From Candidatus Saccharimonadota bacterium (lineage in GTDB: Bacteria; Patescibacteriota; Saccharimonadia; Saccharimonadales; Saccharimonadaceae), in the NCBI GenBank assembly GCA_017540545.1, contig JAFYAV010000002.1, positions 178,588-242,587 on the forward strand: a stretch of DNA of 64,000 bases, written 5' to 3'. Each line of letters starts with the position of its first letter. The stretch's first letter is position 1. The notes beneath the pieces were generated by a model. It saw only the letters and a program-made list of their open reading frames with translations, made no database searches and was not told the origin of the DNA. Shown in pieces: positions 56,307-64,000 of this stretch. The translations under genes and the position numbers were made by a program.

Positions 56307-56706
56307 TAAAAATATTCCGTTTTTGTTTTTGTTTTTGTTATTCTCTACAAATAAGCTTTGATGGTAAGCTGGACGGCAAGAGAAAAACGTCCAGCTCCAC
56401 CAAAGTAGGTCAAAATATTATTGGTCTACACACTCCGCACTCTAACTTCACCTATTGTAGAGGCACCCCGAGACCGGGGCATATAGGTTCGTTGCTTGCG
56501 TTTTAGCATTAAAAAGATATGTTATCGGTCAAAATAAAAATCTTTTTGATTGGTCAAAATATCGCCAAAACTATCGGAAGTGTACTTTCACCTGTTGCGC
56601 ACGGCTTCTGTTCGTAACAGTAATCTTTGCCATACTTTACTCCTTTTTTATGTTTGTTTTTCGATACGCTCGAAAAAATGCCCCATCATGAGCGCAGTCG
56701 AATTGG

Positions 56707-57615
56707 TCAGATTCTTTCTGCGACCCTCAATTTCGCACTACGAGCGCGTGGATTGTTAGCAATTTCAATATTGTCCGCAATTATTGGCTTCTTGTTTATA
56801 ATGCGCAGCTTCGACTCAATCCCTTTGCTACTTTCTTCTTTGAAATACTCTTTTACGAGTCGATCCTCGAGGCTATGAAATGTAATAATCGCTACCCTTC
56901 CGCCCGGATTTAACAATTTAGGCAATAAAGGCAAAGTGCGCTCAATGATCCCCAATTCATCATTCACAACAATCCTAATTGCTTGAAAAATACGTGTCGC
57001 CGGATGCGTATGCGAGTACGGAGATTTGGACTTTATCAAATCGGCGAGCTCGGTAGTTGTTTCGATAGGCCGATGCATGCAAATTTCCCGGGCTAGCATC
57101 TCTGCACGACCACGGCGCTCCTCTGCATATGCCTCAAAAATATCCGCTAGCTTCCGTTCGCTCCATTTATTTACTACCATCCATGCGTCCAACTCTTGCG
57201 ACTCATCCATTCTCATATCGAGTCGTGCCTCGCGAGCAAACGAAAAACCTCGTTCTCCATTATCTAATTGCGGCGAAGAAACTCCGAAGTCAGCCAGAAT
57301 CATATCGAAGCTAATTCCACTCTCCACAAGTAGTAGCGCAGTACTATAAAAATCATCATGCATCAATCTCGGCTTCACCTCTTGGTACTTCGCCTCTAAG
57401 AAATTCATCGCATTCTGATCACGGTCATTCAAGACCGCCCCTTTATAGTTCCGAGTTACTTCCAAAATTTTATCAGCATGCCCACCGTATCCCGCCGTAA
57501 GGTCTAAATATGTTTCACCTTCTCTCGGCCGAAGATACTTTAATACATCCGATAATAATACTGGAATATGAACTTCATTCATTTCTTCATTATATCTTAG
57601 TTCGAACCCGAGCAT
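56707..57615 (-). CDS. rsmH: 16S rRNA (cytosine1402-N4)-methyltransferase
   Basis: HIPVLL, DLTAGYGGH, ITFHSLEDR; the family-like N-terminus starts at the internal ATG 57582 (MNEVHIPVLL). Confidence 0.93.
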   Translation of the reverse strand: MLGFELRYNEEMNEVHIPVLLSDVLKYLRPREGETYLDLTAGYGGHADKILEVTRNYKGAVLNDRDQNAMNFLEAKYQEVKPRLMHDDFYSTALLLVESGISFDMILADFGVSSPQLDNGERGFSFAREARLDMRMDESQELDAWMVVNKWSERKLADIFEAYAEERRGRAEMLAREICMHRPIETTTELADLIKSKSPYSHTHPATRIFQAIRIVVNDELGIIERTLPLLPKLLNPGGRVAIITFHSLEDRLVKEYFKEESSKGIESKLRIINKKPIIADNIEIANNPRARSAKLRVAERI

Positions 57616-57852
57616 CTAGAAATTTCAGGTGTTTGTGTTTTTTGATTTTTATTTTACCCTTTACAAATTTAAGATATCCACAATTATAGCCAGCGTATAG
57701 CCAACCCATTTAATTATGGAGTTGAGAGACTTAATTTGCTTGAGGTGGAGTTATATGTTTGGGAGGTGTGTATTTTTGATAAATGTGCCTATGGTTTCTA
57801 TGTCGCGTATCCTAAACGCGCCCAAAACTCCTAGATGTTCGGATTCGAACAA

Positions 57853-57881
57853 ATATTAACGTGCTTTAAAAATATGACCAA
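57853..57881 (-). promoter_or_regulatory. Candidate promoter of the dcw operon
   Basis: Minus strand TTGGTC (57881-57876), 17 nt, TAATAT (57858-57853); implies a 230-265-nt leader before rsmH. Confidence 0.45.
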
Positions 57882-58306
57882 TTAGTTCTTAGCGAGCGTA
57901 ACGATCTGATACGCGTGCGATTGGTCCTTGATCTCAATTTTCTTTTTCATTTTTTCCAACCGTCCTTGGTTATATTTTTATATTGTTTTCGTGGTTTTTA
58001 TTTTGCGTTTCCACTTGTCCTTAGTTTAGACAACTATCAACAAAAATTCAAGACCTATTTTTGCTGCATTTTGCACATTTCGGTGCAAAACTACCGCCAA
58101 AAACAGGGGTAAAACCGAACAAAAAAATTGTTCTGCTTCTGCTTTTTCACACTTGCATGAATAGCTACAACGTGTCATAAAAACCGAACGCACAGCATAT
58201 TGACAGACGTTATTATTATTTTATAACTACTGCCCTGCCCGCCCTTGCCATAATCAAAAAATATTTCGCAATAAAAAAGCTCGAGATACCCATCCCGAGC
58301 AACCCC

Positions 58307-58930
58307 CTAAAAGAACAAGAAATCGATCAACCGCTGTTTTGTGCAAAGCACAAAACACTGATTGCGCTTTTTCCGGTTGTAACGCTCATACCTTGCGCGA
58401 CTCATGACGAGCCCAAACACATTCCCACGCGAATCTACCACCTGGACGACAACTTTCTTCTTCCCCCTGCGAATTACTCCAGAAAGCAAATCGGCTCGTT
58501 GAACCCGACCAGCGCGAAATGAAATACGGTCTTCCAATTGCTCTGCGAAACATCTAGCAACCTCCAATCCAGCTACAACGACACATAGCAAAAACAATAC
58601 GATAGCCGCATCGTCCCGCGTTATATCACCCTGCCAGTGCGAAACGCACAGCATAGCAAGCAGACAACAAGCGAGTAGTCCGATTACGCTCAGCCAGCGC
58701 ACAAAAGCCTGCCGAGATCGGCGATTCCACTCGGCCAACTCTTCTTCGCCGAAAGCCGTAACGGCTTCCTTCTGGCGCTTTAGCGTTAATCGCAACGATA
58801 CCCAGTGTAACGGCCGCCGTATTAATAATACGTATACAAGCAAAGTCATAGCCGTTATGGGTAGCGACAATACCGCAATCGACATGATGACCACGAGAAT
58901 CTGTCCCAAAAAATGCAGGAAACTCGACAT
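58307..58930 (-). CDS. Hypothetical membrane protein (4 TM + basic C-terminal domain)
   Basis: 207-aa ORF; hydrophobic N-terminal half; terminator hairpin + T-run downstream (58300-58279). Confidence 0.65.
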   Translation of the reverse strand: MSSFLHFLGQILVVIMSIAVLSLPITAMTLLVYVLLIRRPLHWVSLRLTLKRQKEAVTAFGEEELAEWNRRSRQAFVRWLSVIGLLACCLLAMLCVSHWQGDITRDDAAIVLFLLCVVVAGLEVARCFAEQLEDRISFRAGRVQRADLLSGVIRRGKKKVVVQVVDSRGNVFGLVMSRARYERYNRKKRNQCFVLCTKQRLIDFLFF

Positions 58931-58957
58931 ATCCCCTCACCGTCCTTTCTCTACCAA

Positions 58958-59506
58958 TCAGTCATCTACAACATTACTACCGCTAACATTTCCGATCGTA
59001 ACGGCATACACCCGTCTACCAAAGCGATTGACCGAAAAAGTGGCAATTACGTCGCCGTCTTTTACTTCAGTAATACCCGACCGAATCAAGAATTTCCCGT
59101 CAATCCTATTCCTTTTCTCTCCAGACTTCGGAATATAGTCGTCGTTCGCCCAGATAATCCCAAAGTGGCCACTTCGAGTCTCTCTTCTAGCCGTCAGGAA
59201 GACACTTAATATAATCCCTATGAGACCAGCCGCAAATGCACCATCGGGCGTAACGAATCGACCCGGCAAACAAAGCGTCAATACGACCAACACAGGTATT
59301 GCACCCCAGAAATTAGGAAAATATACCCCACGAAACCTCTGGTAAACATTATCCCGCTCCAATGCCCCCACATTGATAATTCCGTCCACCGAGACATCCT
59401 TTACCGTCTCACGAAGCGCCGCAGCATATCGCCACTTGATCATCACAAAAGTAGCGACCAGCCATGCAGCCACGAAAGTTACCAAAGCGCAAACAATATA
59501 CCACAT
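58958..59506 (-). CDS. Hypothetical membrane protein (TM N-terminal half + small soluble C-terminal domain)
   Basis: 182-aa ORF, similar layout to its downstream neighbour. Confidence 0.65.
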   Translation of the reverse strand: MWYIVCALVTFVAAWLVATFVMIKWRYAAALRETVKDVSVDGIINVGALERDNVYQRFRGVYFPNFWGAIPVLVVLTLCLPGRFVTPDGAFAAGLIGIILSVFLTARRETRSGHFGIIWANDDYIPKSGEKRNRIDGKFLIRSGITEVKDGDVIATFSVNRFGRRVYAVTIGNVSGSNVVDD

Positions 59507-59675
59507 ACTACCGTTAACCTCCTTTGACTAATCATAAAACCGTGAGCACACAACTACTAAAAAACTGCGCCGCCTGATGCTTCACTGAAACCCAAACTAC
59601 GCTAAGATATATTTAAACAGAAAAAACGCAATCCGTCAAGGACGCAACGCCTATCCATCAGCCTAACGGGCTTAA

Positions 59676-61004
59676 CTAATCGATCAATTTGTCTTCGTAC
59701 ATCGTTCGTATCAAAGTACTACGCTTCTGGTCCAAAAAGTCATTTTTACCAGACAGAAACAATGTGCTCATCAAATTTTTATCCTTAATATGCTCGTCTA
59801 TGTACTGCCAGACCAACGCATATCCGCGGTAATAGTACAAATCCGCATTAATCGGTAACACCCCAGTCCCCCTAAAGGTACGCTGCACTATACTAAAACA
59901 ATCCTCCTTAGTGCGCTCACTCGCGAAATGTTCAAGCCTCCACACTATCTCGAACGTTTCCCGAAAATCCTTTTTACAAACCTGAGCCAAACCGATTGAA
60001 AGATAACGCACGATACCCAAATCGTCATAATGCCCATCTAATGCCTGCTCGCACACCTTTGCTAGCCCCTCCTCCGTCAATCGACTATAAGTACCGCTAC
60101 GTGATTGTGCCAAAACTGGCAAACTTCCATTTATTTTAGCCGAGGCAAAACGCACAGTATGTACACACAATTCGTGCATAATAATTTTTTCAAGCTCATC
60201 GCGGCTATAGTTGCTACTCCTACCGCCCGGAATAATTATCTTCTTCTTGGACGCGCTGACCGAAGCAGTAAGGTGTTCCTTATTCACCACAGCTTCAAAA
60301 CCGATGTTCAGTTCCGTCTTTATGATTTCATTAAAAATACTAGCGGCCTCAGCAGGCGTAAACTCTTCCTTATCTTCTGGGATATGGCTCAATATTCCAC
60401 CAAATAATGCTTTTAGTTGCCTCCCGAACTCCCTCACGAGCTCAGGCCGTGGCACATAACGTTTTTTATGATTGCGCCCCATTACCCCAATTTTGTCGAT
60501 CATTTCATGATAGGTATCTCGATCTTTTTGTTTTATACGCTTAGTATCTATTGCACCTATACGCTCTCTCATTAATGACCAAAAAGTATCGTCGTGCATT
60601 CTCCCAAACGCCGCATCGCTGGCACGCTGAAATCTTTTTGCAGCCTCAAGCCGTCCATTGTTTTGATTATAGTCGTATGCCGCCAAAATCAGCTCGGTCT
60701 GATACCAGCTTTGCCCCAAGTCTTTTATAAATGACCATTTCGCATCATCCGTCAAATCACCGCGAACCTGTATTTCGCGCAATAAATATTGAATTCGAGC
60801 TCGTTTCTTCTTTAGCTTCTCTATATCAATCTTTTTATACTCGAACCGCGGCCTATTTAAAAACTCGTCCGTCAAAAATTCTTTCATCGCATTCGCTTCA
60901 TTGACTGGACGAAGATAATCAACATAACTCAATCGACAAGAATCTACCGCTTTCATTAGCTCATAAAAAGTACCGTCTTTGCCGGAAACATTAGCGATTT
61001 GCAT
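59676..61004 (-). CDS. DUF1704 (MATCAP-like) zinc metallopeptidase
   Basis: HExxH (IIMHELCVHTVRF) followed by LTEEGLAKV, resembling the QEGLA motif of DUF1704 proteins. Confidence 0.6.
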   Translation of the reverse strand: MQIANVSGKDGTFYELMKAVDSCRLSYVDYLRPVNEANAMKEFLTDEFLNRPRFEYKKIDIEKLKKKRARIQYLLREIQVRGDLTDDAKWSFIKDLGQSWYQTELILAAYDYNQNNGRLEAAKRFQRASDAAFGRMHDDTFWSLMRERIGAIDTKRIKQKDRDTYHEMIDKIGVMGRNHKKRYVPRPELVREFGRQLKALFGGILSHIPEDKEEFTPAEAASIFNEIIKTELNIGFEAVVNKEHLTASVSASKKKIIIPGGRSSNYSRDELEKIIMHELCVHTVRFASAKINGSLPVLAQSRSGTYSRLTEEGLAKVCEQALDGHYDDLGIVRYLSIGLAQVCKKDFRETFEIVWRLEHFASERTKEDCFSIVQRTFRGTGVLPINADLYYYRGYALVWQYIDEHIKDKNLMSTLFLSGKNDFLDQKRSTLIRTMYEDKLID

Positions 61005-61042
61005 ATATTTATTATACTACAGATAAATAGACGTCAGATTGG

Positions 61043-62863
61043 CTATATCTGATGATTGCGCTGGCGCTTGCGCATGGTGGGGTTCAATTCTTTCTTTCGC
61101 AAACGCAAAGATTTTGGCGTAACTTCTAGTAGCTCGTCCTCCATCAAGAAATCAAGGCATTGCTCTAGAGAAAGCTGTGTATATGGCGTCAACTGAATTG
61201 CTCCATCCGAAGCATGCGTACGCATATTTGTCAGCTGTTTCTCACGACAAACATTGATGTCAAGCTCGTCCTTCTTTGATAAGCCCACGATCATGCCCAT
61301 ATAAACATCAACCTGTGGCGGAATATACAAAATGCCGCGTGCTTGCGCCGCATCGAGCGCATAAGCCGTACTCTGTCCAGCCTCCGAAGCGACCAAGGCA
61401 CCATTACGCTCCTGACGATAATGCGACGTTACTGGCTGATATCCCTTCGGCAATGTATTCATAATCGCCGTGCCCTTCGTTTCGGTCAAAAGATTATTAC
61501 GAAGACCAATCAAGGCTGCCGTCGTAATATTATAGCGGAAGCGCACTGCACCAGTTGTAGTCATTTCTTGCTCAATCAACTCCGCCTTGCGTACTCCAAG
61601 TTCTTGCGAAACGGCACCTACGAATTCCGAAGCCACCTCAATCGTCAGCTCCTCGACCGGCTCCATCTCGACACCATCTTCCATCTTGTAAACCACTTCT
61701 GGGCGTCCAACTTCCATCTCGTAACCCTCGCGACGCATTGTTTCTATCAAAACCGACAGATGCAGCTCGCCGCGCCCAGAAACTTTGTAGCCCAAACCTT
61801 GCGGCTCCAAGCGTAACGCAATATTTGTCTCGAGCTCTCGCTTTAAGCGATCGCCAATCTGGCGAGAGGTCGTAAATTCACCCTCACGCCCCTTTAGTGG
61901 CGAAGTGTTTGGCCCGATGTAAATGCTTAATGTTGGCGCCTCCAATTCAATCGTCGGCAAAGCCTCAGGATTATCGCCTGTTGCAATCGTATCGCCAATT
62001 GAGGCCGCACCCACGCCCGCCAAAGCTACAATATCACCCGCAATCGCCTCAGTCGTTTCCTCTCTACCTAAGCCTCGGTAAGTATATAAACTATCGATCT
62101 TACCACGCACGATGTCGCCATTAACCTTCATAATCGAAACGGGTTCATTCTTTTTTAGATGCCCACGGAATATTTTGCCAATCGCGTATTTGCCTAAATA
62201 ATTATCCGCCGCCAGCGCCGCCACCAAAAGCTGTGCGCCTTTTGTGTCGTCGCTATCTACCTGCGGCTCTGGAATTTCATTAATAATTGCATCAAAGATT
62301 ACGTGCAAATCATTATCCAACTCTGGCGTTTTACCAGCCTTGCCGTCGCGCGCAATCGCATAATAGGTTGGGTACTTAAGCTGCTCCTCATTCGTTGCTA
62401 GCTCCAAGAACAAATCGCCAATTTCGTCCTCTACCTCACCCAAGCGCGCCGCCGGCTTATCAATCTTATTTATTACTACAATCGGCGTTAAAGACAATTC
62501 TAGAGCCTTCTGGAGCACAAATTTCGTTTGCGGCATTGGCCCTTCTTGCGCATCTACAATCAGCAATACGCCATCCGCCATGTTGAGCGTGCGTTCAACT
62601 TCTCCAGAAAAGTCCGCATGCCCTGGCGTATCAATAATATTAATCTTGTAGCCATTATAGAAAACCGCGGTCTGCTTTGCCGTGATTGTGATTCCGCGCT
62701 CATGCTCCTGATCGCCCGAATCCATAATCAAAGTTTGGCCCATTTCGGCCTGATTCTCTCGAAAAGTATTGCTCTGCTTCAAAAGAGCGTCCACTAAAGT
62801 GGTTTTACCATGGTCGACGTGCGCAATAATTGCTACATTGCGAATTTTACTCTTATCTTTCAT
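61043..62863 (-). CDS. typA: Translational GTPase TypA/BipA
   Basis: IAHVDHGKTTLVDALL, DTPGHADF, NKIDK, EF-G-like domain order; 606 aa. Confidence 0.96.
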   Translation of the reverse strand: MKDKSKIRNVAIIAHVDHGKTTLVDALLKQSNTFRENQAEMGQTLIMDSGDQEHERGITITAKQTAVFYNGYKINIIDTPGHADFSGEVERTLNMADGVLLIVDAQEGPMPQTKFVLQKALELSLTPIVVINKIDKPAARLGEVEDEIGDLFLELATNEEQLKYPTYYAIARDGKAGKTPELDNDLHVIFDAIINEIPEPQVDSDDTKGAQLLVAALAADNYLGKYAIGKIFRGHLKKNEPVSIMKVNGDIVRGKIDSLYTYRGLGREETTEAIAGDIVALAGVGAASIGDTIATGDNPEALPTIELEAPTLSIYIGPNTSPLKGREGEFTTSRQIGDRLKRELETNIALRLEPQGLGYKVSGRGELHLSVLIETMRREGYEMEVGRPEVVYKMEDGVEMEPVEELTIEVASEFVGAVSQELGVRKAELIEQEMTTTGAVRFRYNITTAALIGLRNNLLTETKGTAIMNTLPKGYQPVTSHYRQERNGALVASEAGQSTAYALDAAQARGILYIPPQVDVYMGMIVGLSKKDELDINVCREKQLTNMRTHASDGAIQLTPYTQLSLEQCLDFLMEDELLEVTPKSLRLRKKELNPTMRKRQRNHQI

Positions 62864-63025
62864 TTATTACCTGTCCACAAATAAAACAGGAACGAGTGCT
62901 TCGCTCATTCCCGCGATTAATAAAAACTTAGTCAAATTATACCAGATACCGCTTATGGAGTAAAGCTCAAGCGCCATAGGGTCGCAAGCCAACAAAAAAC
63001 AGCCATAAAAGGCGTTTTTCGTTTA

Positions 63026-63102
63026 TGGTGGGCGGTATAGGATTCGAACCTATGACCTCGTCTACGTCAAAGACGCGCTCTAGCCAACTGAGCTAACCGC
63101 CC
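63026..63102 (-). tRNA. tRNA-Val (anticodon GAC), CCA encoded
   Basis: Reverse complement GGGCGGTTAGCTCAGTTGGCTAGAGCGCGTCTTTGACGTAGACGAGGTCATAGGTTCGAATCCTATACCGCCCACCA; anticodon loop TTGACGT. Confidence 0.95.
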
Positions 63103-63163
63103 ATAAAGTCTGCGCTTATACTAGCATATTCCCCTATTTTTCGCAAGTGACAACGTCGGCAAA

Positions 63164-64000
63164 CTACCCGTTATTTTTCTGCCGCTTTGACTGAATCCTT
63201 TTTGCTACAACATAATATTTCAAGTCAAAACCATCCGTCGCATCCATCGGGTTATACCTACCATCATATATTTCATCATATACTTTCGCCATCTCGTCTA
63301 TCTTTTCCGGATGCCTATCAAAATAGTCATCCCTAAACATCAGCCCAAATTGCTCCCCAATATACCACGCCTCCCGCTCGAGCAATTGCGCCCGATAAGC
63401 ATCATATCCAACTTCCTTATTTTTACTTCCAATATAAAAATCATGATTAATCTTATACTTACGCGCCATCACACCTTCCCCACGCAATTCTATTTCTTTC
63501 TGTCTTTGATGCCAGAGCTCGTGAACTACCGTTTCCGCAATTGCCGCCAATGAGAGATGACTATTGACGTCCACCTTTATTGTTCGGTCATTATAGGCTT
63601 TCCCTTCATTAGAGCAAACATCAATAGTGCGTTCGTCTTTCGAAATCGTCACTTCGCAGCTCGGACACTCTTCTAAGCCCATTTTTCTTGCTACCACTTC
63701 TACGAAATGAGTTATCACCGGCGTAATCTCCGCTTCATTCAGATTGGCAAAGTCGATCGAATCATCTGGCAGGGCGTCAAACAACTCCCTGTCCAACCCA
63801 CCGCCTTCCGGACTCTTCATTAGATCAATACCAACCGAAGTCATTCTTTTCCTCATAACTTCAAAATCTTCCGCATAAATATCCGGCCTCTCCCGCACCA
63901 GTACATCAAACCATCTTTTATCAATATTACGTCCGACCAAATATGTCCATACATCCTCTCGCGTAGTGGTTTCACTCTTCTGTTCACGCAGAGCTTTCAC
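63164..64000 (-). CDS. Hypothetical HExxH protein, N-terminus probably beyond the window edge
   Basis: ORF open to the window end; VVHELWHQRQ HExxH motif; no family recognised. Confidence 0.55.
   Translation of the reverse strand: MKALREQKSETTTREDVWTYLVGRNIDKRWFDVLVRERPDIYAEDFEVMRKRMTSVGIDLMKSPEGGGLDRELFDALPDDSIDFANLNEAEITPVITHFVEVVARKMGLEECPSCEVTISKDERTIDVCSNEGKAYNDRTIKVDVNSHLSLAAIAETVVHELWHQRQKEIELRGEGVMARKYKINHDFYIGSKNKEVGYDAYRAQLLEREAWYIGEQFGLMFRDDYFDRHPEKIDEMAKVYDEIYDGRYNPMDATDGFDLKYYVVAKRIQSKRQKNNG

Noticed and set aside
57674-57682. DnaA-box-like ATATCCACA in the long spacer upstream of rsmH as a sign of oriC
   Set aside because: It is a single 8/9 match with no cluster of boxes, no adjacent dnaA/dnaN and no AT-rich unwinding repeats arranged as in origins.
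57755-57859. Plus-strand 34-codon ORF (MFGRCVFLINVPMVSMSRILNAPKTPRCSDSNKY) preceded by GAGGTGGAG
   Set aside because: Only the SD-like sequence supports it. It overlaps the candidate minus-strand dcw promoter, and its composition looks random. Not reported as a gene.
1-64000. CRISPR arrays, rRNA genes, transposases/IS elements, integrases, prophage structural genes
   Set aside because: I saw no regularly spaced direct repeats with unique spacers, no rRNA-like conserved segments and no DDE/tyrosine/serine recombinase motifs in any listed ORF.

Overview
Gene-dense 64-kb chromosomal window with about 55 protein genes and 3 tRNAs. I recognise no rRNA, CRISPR array, transposase or integrase. The backbone is housekeeping: murD with a MurL-like partner, uvrB, gltX, der, pth, topA, pgk, pyk, a compact dcw block (rsmH-ftsL-ftsI-mraY-ftsW-murG, no mraZ) and typA. 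This backbone, a T4SS-type coupling ATPase, a pilin-like module, many small membrane-anchored or orphan proteins and near-consensus TTGACA-17-TATAAT promoters fit a small-genome Patescibacteria/CPR (Saccharibacteria-like) organism. That taxonomic guess is inference only. The clear accessory region is a ~9-kb island (about 14.4-23.3 kb) between a decayed CDF-transporter fragment and tRNA-Glu(CUC). It holds an AbiL-like AAA-ATPase + RloB pair and a DpnD/PcfM-like mini-protein. It also holds the most interesting signal: two divergently transcribed operons, each joined by an ATGA stop/start overlap. Each couples an NTP pyrophosphohydrolase of a different fold (NUDIX; MazG-like) to a diverged PD-(D/E)xK nuclease + DUF2075/Schlafen-type helicase. 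Other items worth follow-up: (1) two ORF-free, highly structured transcription units bounded by consensus promoters and hairpin terminators (~295 nt at 28.09-28.38 kb on plus; ~580 nt at 45.03-44.45 kb on minus), which I could not assign to RNase P, tmRNA, SRP or 6S; (2) a secreted tyrosine phosphatase fused through a Gly/Ser linker to a two-TM pilin-like tail; (3) a 1616-aa orphan giant protein with a recent internal duplication; (4) several orphan genes with strong Shine-Dalgarno sites, two with near-consensus promoters, wedged antisense between housekeeping genes. All functional calls come from motif recognition by eye; no database search was possible.
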